Source: Planctomycetota bacterium (GTDB lineage: Bacteria; Planctomycetota; UBA1135; UBA2386). From it: a stretch of DNA of 64,000 bases. The position numbers and the translations under genes are program-made. The notes beneath the pieces are model-generated. The model saw only the letters and a program-made list of their open reading frames with translations. It was not told where the DNA came from and made no database searches. Every line of letters begins with the position of its first letter. The first letter of the stretch is position 1. The stretch lies in the NCBI GenBank assembly GCA_046290465.1, contig JBKAGP010000001.1, positions 6,496,001 to 6,560,000 of the forward strand. Reading direction: 5' to 3'. Below, piece by piece: positions 19,141-28,353 of this stretch.

Positions 19141-20520
19141 TCAGCGTCGCTCGGCCGCGACCAGCTCGAACCAGGCGGCCGCCAGCGCGGCGTCGGCGCG
19201 CGCCGACTCGCCCGCGTCGTGCGCGTGGATCGCCGTGCGCAGCGCGGTGAGCAGCGGGGCCCATGCGCCTGGCGCGGCGCCGCTGGCCGACGAAGCGGCG
19301 GCGAGGCCGCGGCGCAGGCGATCGCGGTCGGGCGCGCGACCGTCGGCCGGGGGCGGTGCCAGCAGCGACAGGTGCAGCGGCAGCCGTTCGTGCTGGCCGA
19401 ACTCGTCCAGCACCGCGGCGATCCGGTGCGGCGCGAACGACGCGTCGGGCCCGTCGGCGGCGTCGTCGGTCCAGACCGTGCGGCAGGCGCGGATCCAGAA
19501 CCAGTAGGCGCGGGCGCGGTCGCGTTCCGCCGAGCCGGCGTCGGCGGCGGCGATGCGGGTGTCGATCCGCTGCAGTTCGTCCTGGAACGTGCGCGCGTCG
19601 CGCACCGGTGGGGGATACGGGCAGCGATCCGGCCAGCCGGCCGTCGACCCCGGCCAACGCCAGAGCACCGCGATGGCGGCGGTGGCCAGCAGCAGCGCGA
19701 GCGCCAGCAGCCAGCGGCCGCGTCGGTTGGTTGCGGCGGTTGCCGGGCCGGCAGCCGATCCCGGCGGCCGATCGTTCGCCGTTGGGGCCGCCGCCGCCGC
19801 CGCGACGCCGCGGTCGCGCAGCCGGCTGCGGTCGTCGTCGGCCGTCGGGGCCGCCCCGCGGTGGCCGAGCAGGTGCAGGAGCTGCTGCAGGCCGAGATCG
19901 ACCAGCGTCAGGCGCCGGCCGGCATCGCGGCCGCTGACCACCAGGTGTTCGTCGTCGATGGCGCCGTGCGCGAGGCCGAGCTGGTGGGCCCGCGCGATCG
20001 CGTCGGCCAGCTTCCCGAGGTCGCTGCGCAGCCGCGGCGGCGCCGCGCCCAGGTCGTCTTCCGCAGCCAGTGGGCGGCCCGGCACCCAGTCGCGCGCGAA
20101 CCAGTGCTGGCCCGCATCGTCGCGGCCGATCGCGCGGAAGCGCGCCACGCCGCGCGCGTCGATCCGTTCGAGCGTCGCGACCAGGTCCCCGAGCCGCCGT
20201 ACAAGCTCCGGATCGGCGCTCGGGGCCGATTCGATCACGTGCAGGGCGACCGGGCAGCCGTCGCGTTCGTCGTCGGCCAGCAGGGTGCGCCCCCAGGCTC
20301 GTCGCTGCACCGTCGTGCGGGCGCGGAACGGGCCGAACACGTGGCCCGACGGCGGTGGCTCTCGGTCGCCGACGTCGACGTCGGCGCAGATCTCGAGGAT
20401 CCCGTGTCGGTGGTCCGGATGTCGGCGCAGCAGCTCCTGCAGCCGAACGGCCTGCTCGCCGGCGTCCTCGAGGTCGAGGATCTCGAGGGCGGCCTCTTCG
20501 ATGGGGTCGGGAAGGGTCAC
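19141..20520 (-). CDS. Membrane-anchored Ser/Thr pseudokinase
   Basis: Kinase-like N-lobe with VALH for VAIK, HGAIDDEH for HRDLKPxN and DLG for DFG. C-lobe truncated, then TM and helical domain. GTG start inferred. Confidence 0.65.
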   Translation of the reverse strand: MTLPDPIEEAALEILDLEDAGEQAVRLQELLRRHPDHRHGILEICADVDVGDREPPPSGHVFGPFRARTTVQRRAWGRTLLADDERDGCPVALHVIESAPSADPELVRRLGDLVATLERIDARGVARFRAIGRDDAGQHWFARDWVPGRPLAAEDDLGAAPPRLRSDLGKLADAIARAHQLGLAHGAIDDEHLVVSGRDAGRRLTLVDLGLQQLLHLLGHRGAAPTADDDRSRLRDRGVAAAAAAPTANDRPPGSAAGPATAATNRRGRWLLALALLLATAAIAVLWRWPGSTAGWPDRCPYPPPVRDARTFQDELQRIDTRIAAADAGSAERDRARAYWFWIRACRTVWTDDAADGPDASFAPHRIAAVLDEFGQHERLPLHLSLLAPPPADGRAPDRDRLRRGLAAASSASGAAPGAWAPLLTALRTAIHAHDAGESARADAALAAAWFELVAAERR

Positions 20521-20638
20521 GTCCAGGAACGAACTTGCAGCCGTGCACGGGCAGCGCGGGCCGCCATCCTCCGCCGCCGCGACTTGGATGTCACGTGCGG
20601 TTCGGCTAACACCCTGGCTGCAGGATCTGCGAGGATCC

Positions 20639-20666
20639 TGTAACCGCGCGCGGGGAGAGTCCGCTC
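20639..20666 (+). promoter_or_regulatory. Putative ECF promoter TGTAACCG-N13-TCCGCTC
   Basis: Repeated motif immediately upstream of ATG 20676/20688. Confidence 0.65.
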
Positions 20667-20675
20667 CTGCTGCTG

Positions 20676-23492
20676 ATGGGAACCACCATGCCAGAATTGC
20701 ACCGTCTATCGTTGGCCGCAGCCGCCCCGGTGGCGCTCGCGGCGTTCCTGCTGCCGGCTTCGGCCGGTTGCCAGCAAGAGGCGCCGGACCAGGTCCGGGC
20801 GGCCCTGGTCGAGGCCTGCCAGGGCCGGAGCACCGCGGCGAACGTCGTGGTGTTCCCGATCCAGTTGATGGAGACCGACGGTCCCTATCTGCGCTTCGGC
20901 CGCGCCGGCGACAAGGTCGCGGACTGGGTCGCCAAGGGCCTGCGCTCGGCCAAGGTCGACGGTGGCGCGCCACGGGTGATGGTCGGTGGCCGGCTCGCGG
21001 CGTCGCTGCGCAAGGCCAACCGTCCGCCGGAGGCCTACGACCCCGAGTTCGCGCTCGACCACGCGGCGCTGGTCGGCGCCACCCACGCGGTGGTCGGCGA
21101 ACTGTACTGGGAGTCGCGGCGGCTGCGCCTGGAGCTGCGCCTGTTCGACGTGGTCGACGGTGAAGGCGTCGAGATCGGCCAGTACGACCAGGACCTCGGC
21201 GGCCCTGCGGCCTGGCCCGGCCGCTTCGGCGGCAAGCTGGTCACGGCGATGGAGTCGGGCTCGCGCACGCCGTGGGCTGCCGGCGGGGTCGATCCCGATC
21301 CCGACGTCGAACTGCAGGCGATCGGCGAGGCGGTCGGGGCACGGATCCGCGACGCGGCCGGTGCTGCCTGGAGCCGGGGCCGGGTCGTGCTGGTCGCGGC
21401 GGACCAGCAGGGCCAGACGTCGCAACTGACCGGCGACGTGCTCACGGCGGTGCGGGCGGTGCTGGCCGACGCGGGCGTCGAGACCGTCGCGTCGGACGGC
21501 CTGGCGCGTTCGCTGCAGGCCGACCGTAACCGCTCCCTGTGGCACTGGGGCTCGGCGATGTTGTCCGGCGACCGGCAGGCGGTCGCGGCCGGCCTCGGCG
21601 AGGCCGGCTTGCAGCACGCGCTGTGGCTGCAGGTGCGCGACCGCGGCAACGGCACGTTCTCGCTGTCGGCGACGCGGGTCGATGCCGACGGCCGCACCAG
21701 TACGATCCCTTGCGGGACGTTCGGCCGGGTGCCGGCGCTCGGCGCGTTGATGGCGCGGCGCCATGCCGCGCAGCGCGCGCCGCTCAGCACCTTCGAGGCC
21801 GACCCGCGTTCGGAGCTGTTCCTGGCGGTCGATCAGGCCGCCCGCAAGCTGGCCGACGCCAACCGGTCGCGCCTGCAGCCCGGTGACGCGCTCGGGCTCG
21901 GGGGTCTGCGGCTCGGCTCGCAGCGCAAGTTCGACGACCTGCTCGACAGCTTCCGCGAACAGGTCGATCGCTGGCGTGCGGACCTCGAGCGCGAACACGC
22001 GTCGGCCGAGCCGGTCGAACGGCGCCGGCTGGTGCTCGACTCGGAGGCCAAGCTGCAGTTCGGCGACCGGCTCTACCGTTCGTTGCGCCAGGCCGAGGGT
22101 GCGCTGGCGCAGATGGAGCACGCGCGGCTGGCGATCACGGCGTCGACCAGCGATCTCGAGGACCTGCGTTCGCGGCTGCGGGATTCGCTGGCGGCGGCCG
22201 GGCTGCCGTTCGCCGGCGGCGACGAGGAGATCGAGAAGGTGCTGGCGCAGCACCGCGCGATGCAGGACGTCGCGATGCTGCTGCGCGAGCCGATGCCGCT
22301 GCCGTCGGTCAGCGGGCCGCGCTTCATGATCGACGCGCGGGTCCGCGACGAGGGCAAGGGCCGCGGTGTGGTGGTGACGGCGTGCCTGCTCGACATGCAC
22401 ACCGGCCGGCCGACGCCGCCGGTCGAGGTGGCGACGCTGCCGGCGTGCCGTGACGGCATCCTGAAGATCGTTGGCGACATCGCGGCGAGCCAGCTGGCCG
22501 TCGAGGTGCCGAAGCCGGATCCGCGGCTGCTGGTCGACGTCGAGGAGGCCAAGGTCGCACCCGAGCCGGTGCTCGCCAGCGGCGAGCAGACCGAGACCGA
22601 GGCCGAGACCGAGCAGCCCGCGTCGGACGAGACCGAGCAAGCACCGCCAAAGCCTCGACCGGTGCGCAACCTCGAGCGCTTCCTCGAGGCGCGCGTCGGC
22701 AACGTCGTGATGCAGTTCCAGCGCGGCGAGCGGGACTTCGTGCACCACCGGGCCGGCACCTGCTTCGCGATCCGTCTGCCCGACGGACGCGGCGTGCTGG
22801 TCACCAACCGCCACGTGGTGACCGGTCGCGACGAGAAGACCGGCAAGATCGTGCTCGCGACCGAGACCCAGACGTTCGGCTTCCCCAAGTCGATCTGGGT
22901 GCACTTCCCGACCGCCGACGGCGGCACCGAGAACTTCGAGGCCAGGGTGCTCGGCTGGTCGCCGCGCTGTGACCTGGCGGTGCTCGAGGACCGGCGGCGC
23001 GATCCGGTGTTTTTCGAGATGGCGCCGGCCGACTCGGTGCAGCTCGGGGATCCGCTGCTGGTCGCCGGCTACCCGGGCAAGTCGCACGAAGCGCGCGGTC
23101 TGCAGGACGTCGTGGTCGTGCGCGACGACAACGGCACGCCGCGGATCGGAGCCGACGGCCGGGCCGTCACCAAGGCCTCGGACCTGATCTTCAGCGGCGG
23201 CGCCGGCGACGTCAAAGGGCTGGTCGACATCTTCGTGACCCGCGGCGCGTTCAACTCGTTCGGCCGTCCCAAGCGCGGCGAGTTCCTCGGCCGCAGCGCC
23301 GCGTTCGACGCCAGCGCGTTCCACGGCAACAGCGGCGGTCCGGTGATGACCCGCGACCTCAAGGTGTTCGTGGTGCTGAACAGCGGGCGGTTCACGGCCG
23401 AGGTCGGCGAGAGCAACCCGCTCAACCTCGGCCTGGTGCTCGAGGACCACCTCGAGGAGCTCGTGCGCCTGGCCGGCCAGGAGGGCAAGTGA
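20676..23492 (+). CDS. Lipoprotein with CsgG/FlgO/TolB-N-like domains and C-terminal trypsin-like serine protease
   Basis: Lipobox SAGC. Triad motifs TNRHVV, DLAVL, GNSGGPV. Repeated 'VVGELY..LELRLFDVVDG'-type segments. Confidence 0.8.
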   Translation: MGTTMPELHRLSLAAAAPVALAAFLLPASAGCQQEAPDQVRAALVEACQGRSTAANVVVFPIQLMETDGPYLRFGRAGDKVADWVAKGLRSAKVDGGAPRVMVGGRLAASLRKANRPPEAYDPEFALDHAALVGATHAVVGELYWESRRLRLELRLFDVVDGEGVEIGQYDQDLGGPAAWPGRFGGKLVTAMESGSRTPWAAGGVDPDPDVELQAIGEAVGARIRDAAGAAWSRGRVVLVAADQQGQTSQLTGDVLTAVRAVLADAGVETVASDGLARSLQADRNRSLWHWGSAMLSGDRQAVAAGLGEAGLQHALWLQVRDRGNGTFSLSATRVDADGRTSTIPCGTFGRVPALGALMARRHAAQRAPLSTFEADPRSELFLAVDQAARKLADANRSRLQPGDALGLGGLRLGSQRKFDDLLDSFREQVDRWRADLEREHASAEPVERRRLVLDSEAKLQFGDRLYRSLRQAEGALAQMEHARLAITASTSDLEDLRSRLRDSLAAAGLPFAGGDEEIEKVLAQHRAMQDVAMLLREPMPLPSVSGPRFMIDARVRDEGKGRGVVVTACLLDMHTGRPTPPVEVATLPACRDGILKIVGDIAASQLAVEVPKPDPRLLVDVEEAKVAPEPVLASGEQTETEAETEQPASDETEQAPPKPRPVRNLERFLEARVGNVVMQFQRGERDFVHHRAGTCFAIRLPDGRGVLVTNRHVVTGRDEKTGKIVLATETQTFGFPKSIWVHFPTADGGTENFEARVLGWSPRCDLAVLEDRRRDPVFFEMAPADSVQLGDPLLVAGYPGKSHEARGLQDVVVVRDDNGTPRIGADGRAVTKASDLIFSGGAGDVKGLVDIFVTRGAFNSFGRPKRGEFLGRSAAFDASAFHGNSGGPVMTRDLKVFVVLNSGRFTAEVGESNPLNLGLVLEDHLEELVRLAGQEGK

Positions 23493-25417
23493 GCGACTTC
23501 CGCAGCGACCTGCCGCGGCAGATCGGCCGCTACCTGATCGACGAACGGATCGGCACCGGCGGCATGTCGGTCGTCTACAAGGCGCGCGATCCCAAGCTCG
23601 ACAAGAAGGTCGCGCTGAAGCAGCTGCTGCCGGAGTTCGCCAACGACCCCGACAAGCTGCGGCGGTTCATCGATGAGGTGCGCCGGATCGCCCGCCTCGA
23701 CGACCACGAGTCGATCCTGAAGGTGTTCGATTACGGCGAGGCCGAGGGCGGCCCGTACATCACGATGCAGCTGCTGGTCGGGGGCGACCTCGCGACGCAG
23801 CTCGACGAGGGCGCACCGCTGTCGTCCGAACGGGTGCGCAGCATCGTCGCGGCGATCGGCGGCGCGCTCGAGTACGCGCACCGGCACGGCGTCGTGCACT
23901 GCGACGTCAAGCCGAGCAACATCCTGATCGACCGGCTCGGCAAGCCGTTCCTGGCCGACTTCGGCATCTCGCGGGTGATCAACGACCTGCTCGCCGGCGA
24001 CGAACAGATGCCGAGCATCTACACGCCCAAGTACGCGAGCCCCGAGCAGGTCCGCGGCCTGCAGCCCGACGAGCGCAGCGACATCTACTCGCTGGCGGTG
24101 GTCGTCTACGAGATGTGCGCCGGGGTGTCGCCGTACGGCGACCGGCCGAGCCTCAGCGCGCTGTGCGACGCGATCGTCGGCGAGCCGCCCGCGCCGCCCA
24201 GCCGGCACAACCCGTCGGTTCCGGCCGCGCTCGACGCCGCGCTGCTGGCGGCGCTGGCCAAGGATCCGGAGGGGCGGCCGCAGGACGTCGGCGCGTTCGT
24301 GCGCAGCGTGATGGCGGCGCTCGACGCGGCGCCGACTCCGGCGAGCGAGCGCACCACCCAGGTCAGTCCGGGGCCGTTGCCGCAGCAGCCGGCGGCGCCG
24401 CGCGGCGGCGGCGGCGGGCTGCTCGTCGCCGTGCTGCTGCTGGCGATGGTCGGTGGTGGGGTCTGGTGGTTCTGGCCGCCGCTGGACGACGGCGACGGGC
24501 AGCAAAGCGCCGAGTCCGACTGGACGCAGGGTGAGCCAACCGAGGACGACGCGAACGCCAGCGATGGCACCAGCCGCAGGGACGGCGTGCCGGCCGACGC
24601 CAGCGTGCAGCTGCGCGTGCCGCCGGTGCCGCCCGGCGAGCAGCGGCTGGCGCGCATCCTGCTCGACACGACCGGCAGCCAGCCCGAGGTCGCCGCCGAG
24701 GCGCTGCGGCAGGTGCGGCAGATGGCCGCCGAACTGTCCGCGCTGCCGCGCTACGGCGTGGTCTCGGTGGCGGTGGCGCCACAGGCAGTCGGCGACGACG
24801 ACCTGTCGCGCCACGTCGCGCTCGCGGGCGCCGACGCGATGCTGCTGGTGCGGCTCAACGGCCGCGCCGACCCGAAGGTGCTGCCCGGCGTGACCCGCTA
24901 CCGGCTCGAGCTGTCGGCCTGCGAACTGCTCGTCGCCGGACTCGATCCGCGCGCGGCGCCGGCGCGCACGGCACCGGTCGCGGCGGGCCCGCCGGCGGCG
25001 CTGTTGGCCAACTCGGCCGCGGCGGCGGCGCAGGTCGGCCTCCAGGCGGTGCTGCCGAAGGCGACGACGTTCGCCCGCGAGTTGCTGCAGCAACTCGCCG
25101 ACGCCAAGGACCGCCCGTACCTGGTCACGTTCGACGCGGACGGGGCGCAGGCCCAGCGCCTCGAAGCGCTGTGCGAGCGCCTGCGGCGGGGCGAGGCCAC
25201 CGAGGTCGAACTGCTGGCGACCGCTCCCGACTGGCGCGTGCTGGTCCGGTCCGAGCAGGCTCCGGCGGCGTTCGTCGCCTCGTTGGTCGACGCGGTCGCC
25301 GCCGAGTTTCCGGCGCTGCGCGACCGGGTCCCGGCGGCCGGCTCCGACGAGTCCGGCAGCTACGTGGTCGCCTTCGAGAACCACTCGCGCAACCTGACGG
25401 TGCGCCTGGTGCCGTGA
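23489..25417 (+). CDS. Membrane Ser/Thr protein kinase with extracytoplasmic domain
   Basis: GTGGMS, VALK, HCDVKPSN, DFG, YASPEQ, DIYSL, then TM LLVAVLLLAMVGGGVWWFW. Confidence 0.93.
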   Translation: MSDFRSDLPRQIGRYLIDERIGTGGMSVVYKARDPKLDKKVALKQLLPEFANDPDKLRRFIDEVRRIARLDDHESILKVFDYGEAEGGPYITMQLLVGGDLATQLDEGAPLSSERVRSIVAAIGGALEYAHRHGVVHCDVKPSNILIDRLGKPFLADFGISRVINDLLAGDEQMPSIYTPKYASPEQVRGLQPDERSDIYSLAVVVYEMCAGVSPYGDRPSLSALCDAIVGEPPAPPSRHNPSVPAALDAALLAALAKDPEGRPQDVGAFVRSVMAALDAAPTPASERTTQVSPGPLPQQPAAPRGGGGGLLVAVLLLAMVGGGVWWFWPPLDDGDGQQSAESDWTQGEPTEDDANASDGTSRRDGVPADASVQLRVPPVPPGEQRLARILLDTTGSQPEVAAEALRQVRQMAAELSALPRYGVVSVAVAPQAVGDDDLSRHVALAGADAMLLVRLNGRADPKVLPGVTRYRLELSACELLVAGLDPRAAPARTAPVAAGPPAALLANSAAAAAQVGLQAVLPKATTFARELLQQLADAKDRPYLVTFDADGAQAQRLEALCERLRRGEATEVELLATAPDWRVLVRSEQAPAAFVASLVDAVAAEFPALRDRVPAAGSDESGSYVVAFENHSRNLTVRLVP

Positions 25418-25450
25418 AGGTGTCGGCCGCCGTGCCCGTTCTTCCGTTCT

Positions 25451-25478
25451 TGTAACCGTCTGCCCGCGCCCTCCGCTC
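25451..25478 (+). promoter_or_regulatory. Putative ECF promoter TGTAACCG-N13-TCCGCTC
   Basis: Repeated motif about 46 nt upstream of ATG 25525. Confidence 0.65.
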
Positions 25479-25524
25479 TCCCGGGCGCGAACCGCATTCC
25501 TACCACCACACGTTCGATCCGATC

Positions 25525-26118
25525 ATGAAGCACCCGATCCGTCTCGCTGTCCTGTTCCTCGCCGCTGGCCTCACGACGTCGTGCGCGTCGGCGCCGGTCC
25601 GTGACATCAACTACTACTGCACGGCCGAGGTGTTCGAAGGCCTGATGCAGGATGCTTGGGCGAAGTGGCGCACCAAGGGCGGTGTCGACAAGGCGCTCGC
25701 GAACAACGAGCTGGCCAACGAGAACCTGCGCGTCACGATGACCAACTGGGACAACCACGTCACCGGGCTCAACGTCGCCAGCCTCGACAGCGAACTGCGG
25801 GCCGCGGTGTCCCAGGAGGATCGCTGCCTCTACATCGACCGCGCCGCGATGCTGATCCTGTTGGAGCGCGCCAAGGCGGACGGTGCCCGCGTCGATCCGT
25901 CGCGCCCGGAGCAGATCTTCCTGCCGCAGGTGCGGGACATCTACCAGGCGGCGCTGCGCAAGCAGGGGCAGAACATCCACTTCGCGGCCCGCGGCACGCT
26001 GACCAAGCAGCGCGACGTGCTGATGTTCGAGATGTCGGTGCTCAACGTCGACACCGGCCTGACCCAGTCGGTGATCGCGCGGCAGACGATCCCGGACCTG
26101 CCGGACGAACTCTACTAG
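25525..26118 (+). CDS. LpoB/CsgG-like lipoprotein
   Basis: Lipobox TTSC, LpoB-like pattern (FEMSVLNVDTG), next to a COG3014-like gene. Confidence 0.65.
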   Translation: MKHPIRLAVLFLAAGLTTSCASAPVRDINYYCTAEVFEGLMQDAWAKWRTKGGVDKALANNELANENLRVTMTNWDNHVTGLNVASLDSELRAAVSQEDRCLYIDRAAMLILLERAKADGARVDPSRPEQIFLPQVRDIYQAALRKQGQNIHFAARGTLTKQRDVLMFEMSVLNVDTGLTQSVIARQTIPDLPDELY

Positions 26119-26158
26119 TCCCGTCCGGCGAAGCGACCCGTCGACCAGGGCTCCTCAC

Positions 26159-26210
26159 GACCCGATCCCCACCCGACCCGATCCCCACCCGACCCGATCC
26201 CCACACGACC
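26159..26210 (+). repeat. 16-bp tandem repeat x3
   Basis: GACCCGATCCCCACCC x2, then GACCCGATCCCCACAC + GACC, just before ATG 26214. Confidence 0.9.
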
Positions 26211-26213
26211 GTC

Positions 26214-26768
26214 ATGATCCGTTCTTGCACCCTGCTGTTGTTCGCGCTGTGCATCGGCTTCGCCGGCTGCGCCTCGTCCCCGACCTACGACGGCCGTCCC
26301 GACAGCCTCGCCGAGGCGGGGGACCAGTTGATGCAGCAGGCGTGGGCGGCGTGGCGCACCAGCGGTGGCCTGCGCGAGGCGGTCGACGCGACCGAGCTGG
26401 ACCGGCAGGTCCGGATCGCGGTCGTCGACTGGCGCATCGACGGCGGTGCCGACCTGTCCCGCGACGAGCTGCAGCGGGAGCTGCGGCATCAGGTCGCGTC
26501 GACGCCGCGCTGTCGCTACGTCGCCCCCGAAGAGGTTCGCGCGCTGGTGCGCGAACTCGACCACGAGGCCGAGGCCGCGAGCGCGGCCGGCGCCCGCGCC
26601 TGGCAGCTGTTGTCGCAGCCGCCCGCGACGTCGCCGTCGACCCCGCGCATCGACATGGTGGCGCGCGCGACGATCCGGCGACGCGGCGAACGGCTCGTCG
26701 CCGACCTCGAGATCGTCGACGCGCGTTCGCGACGGCAGTTCTCGGTGCGCGGCGAAGTGCTCTACTAG
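26214..26768 (+). CDS. LpoB/CsgG-like lipoprotein, paralog of the upstream gene
   Basis: Lipobox FAGC. Shares LMQxAWAxWRTxGG, ELR..V, RCxY and terminal LY with 25525-26118. Confidence 0.65.
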   Translation: MIRSCTLLLFALCIGFAGCASSPTYDGRPDSLAEAGDQLMQQAWAAWRTSGGLREAVDATELDRQVRIAVVDWRIDGGADLSRDELQRELRHQVASTPRCRYVAPEEVRALVRELDHEAEAASAAGARAWQLLSQPPATSPSTPRIDMVARATIRRRGERLVADLEIVDARSRRQFSVRGEVLY

Positions 26769-26814
26769 TCTCCCCTACATACGTTTCGACCTCCCCCCGA
26801 AGCAGGTGAACCTG

Positions 26815-28353
26815 ATGAAGACGTTGCATTCGATCCCCCTGGCGCTGCTGGCGCTGGCCGCGGCGTGCTCGGCCCCCGGCGCCGACGTGCGGCTGCAGAA
26901 CAGCTACCTCGTCGGCGACTTCGACGGCGCCGAGGCGGTGGTGCGCGACGCCGGTTACGGCGACAGCGCCGAGCTCGAGTCGAGCCACTTCCTCGACGCG
27001 ATGAACCGCGGCATGATCCGCCTCGCCGAAGCCGACGGTACCGCCGCGTGCGAGCAGATGAGCCACGGTCAGCTCTACCTGAAGTCGCTGCTGCTGACGC
27101 CCAGGGGCTTGGCGGGCACGGCCACCGAGGCGGGGATCTCGATGCTCGGCGACGACTATGCGCTCGAATACACCGTGCTGCCCTACGAGGTCACGATCGC
27201 CGAGTCGATGCTGGCCCTGGCTCATGTCGCGAGTTCGACGGCCGCGACGCGCAAGGAGCACTTCGACCAGGCGCGCAACTACTCGCGCGACGCGTCGAGC
27301 CGTTCGATCGCGGAGTGGTCGACGGCCTACTTCGGTGAGGAGACCGCCGGCACGCTCGGCGACGGCTTCCGCGTCGACCACACCCACACCGGGCTGGCGC
27401 ACTTCATCTACGCGAGCTGCCTCGAGCACGTCGACGGCGCCCAGGCCGCGAAGCTGTTCGAGGAGGCGGCCAAGATCGAGGACCTGCCCGGGATCCGGGC
27501 GCACGCCGAGAAGGGCGCGCCGGCACCCGGCACGCAGCCGGTCTGGGTCTACGTCGTCGATGGCCCGGGGGTGGTGCGCGTTCGCGAGGACCTGAAGGCC
27601 GGCCGCGACGTGCAGACGCTGGTGCGCTACTTCTACACCCTGCAGCGGCCAGGCCAGAACCCGATCGTCGACCTGGTGCCGACGATGACGTTCCCGGTGC
27701 CGGCGCTCGCCGAGATCGAGAATGGCGTGCAGCAGGTGATGGTCGCGGTCGACGGCGGCCAGCCGACCGCGGTGCCGCTGATCGCCGACATCGCGCGCAC
27801 GGCGCAGTCGACGTTCGACATCGATCGCGACGTGCGGATCGCCCGCCAGATCGTGCGCCGCATGATCCGCGAAGGCGGGCGGGCCGTGGTCAAGAACAAC
27901 GGCAACTCGTTCTGGGATTGGCTGGCGGGCCTGTTCAACCAGGGCGCGACGGCGCTCGAACGGGCCGACCTGCGCGCCTGGCAGACGATGCCGGCGGGCG
28001 TGCGCGCGGTCCGGCTCGACCTGCCGGCCGGCCGCCACCGCGTCGACCTGGACGTGCGCGGCTCCGCCGGTGCGATGAAGATCGCCAGCGCCTCGGTGCC
28101 GGTGAAGCTCGCCGACCGGCCAGCACCGTCCGGCACGTCGATCGACATCGAGGTGCCCGAGGGTGGGGTGCCGGCGTTCGTCGTCGCGGTGGTGCCGTCC
28201 GCCGCGTGCGTCGGCACGCCGTCGACCAACCACGCCGCGGCGGCCGTCGAGGCCGCACCTGTCGATCCGCAGGCCGACCCGCAGTCGAACCCCGAGGCCG
28301 CGCCGCAGCCGCAACCCCGATCCAGGCGAGCCGATGCCTCCCGTTCCCGGTGA
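26815..28353 (+). CDS. COG3014-like helical lipoprotein
   Basis: Lipobox AAAC, LPYE, and ERADLRAWQTMP motif followed by LPAGRH. Confidence 0.7.
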   Translation: MKTLHSIPLALLALAAACSAPGADVRLQNSYLVGDFDGAEAVVRDAGYGDSAELESSHFLDAMNRGMIRLAEADGTAACEQMSHGQLYLKSLLLTPRGLAGTATEAGISMLGDDYALEYTVLPYEVTIAESMLALAHVASSTAATRKEHFDQARNYSRDASSRSIAEWSTAYFGEETAGTLGDGFRVDHTHTGLAHFIYASCLEHVDGAQAAKLFEEAAKIEDLPGIRAHAEKGAPAPGTQPVWVYVVDGPGVVRVREDLKAGRDVQTLVRYFYTLQRPGQNPIVDLVPTMTFPVPALAEIENGVQQVMVAVDGGQPTAVPLIADIARTAQSTFDIDRDVRIARQIVRRMIREGGRAVVKNNGNSFWDWLAGLFNQGATALERADLRAWQTMPAGVRAVRLDLPAGRHRVDLDVRGSAGAMKIASASVPVKLADRPAPSGTSIDIEVPEGGVPAFVVAVVPSAACVGTPSTNHAAAAVEAAPVDPQADPQSNPEAAPQPQPRSRRADASRSR

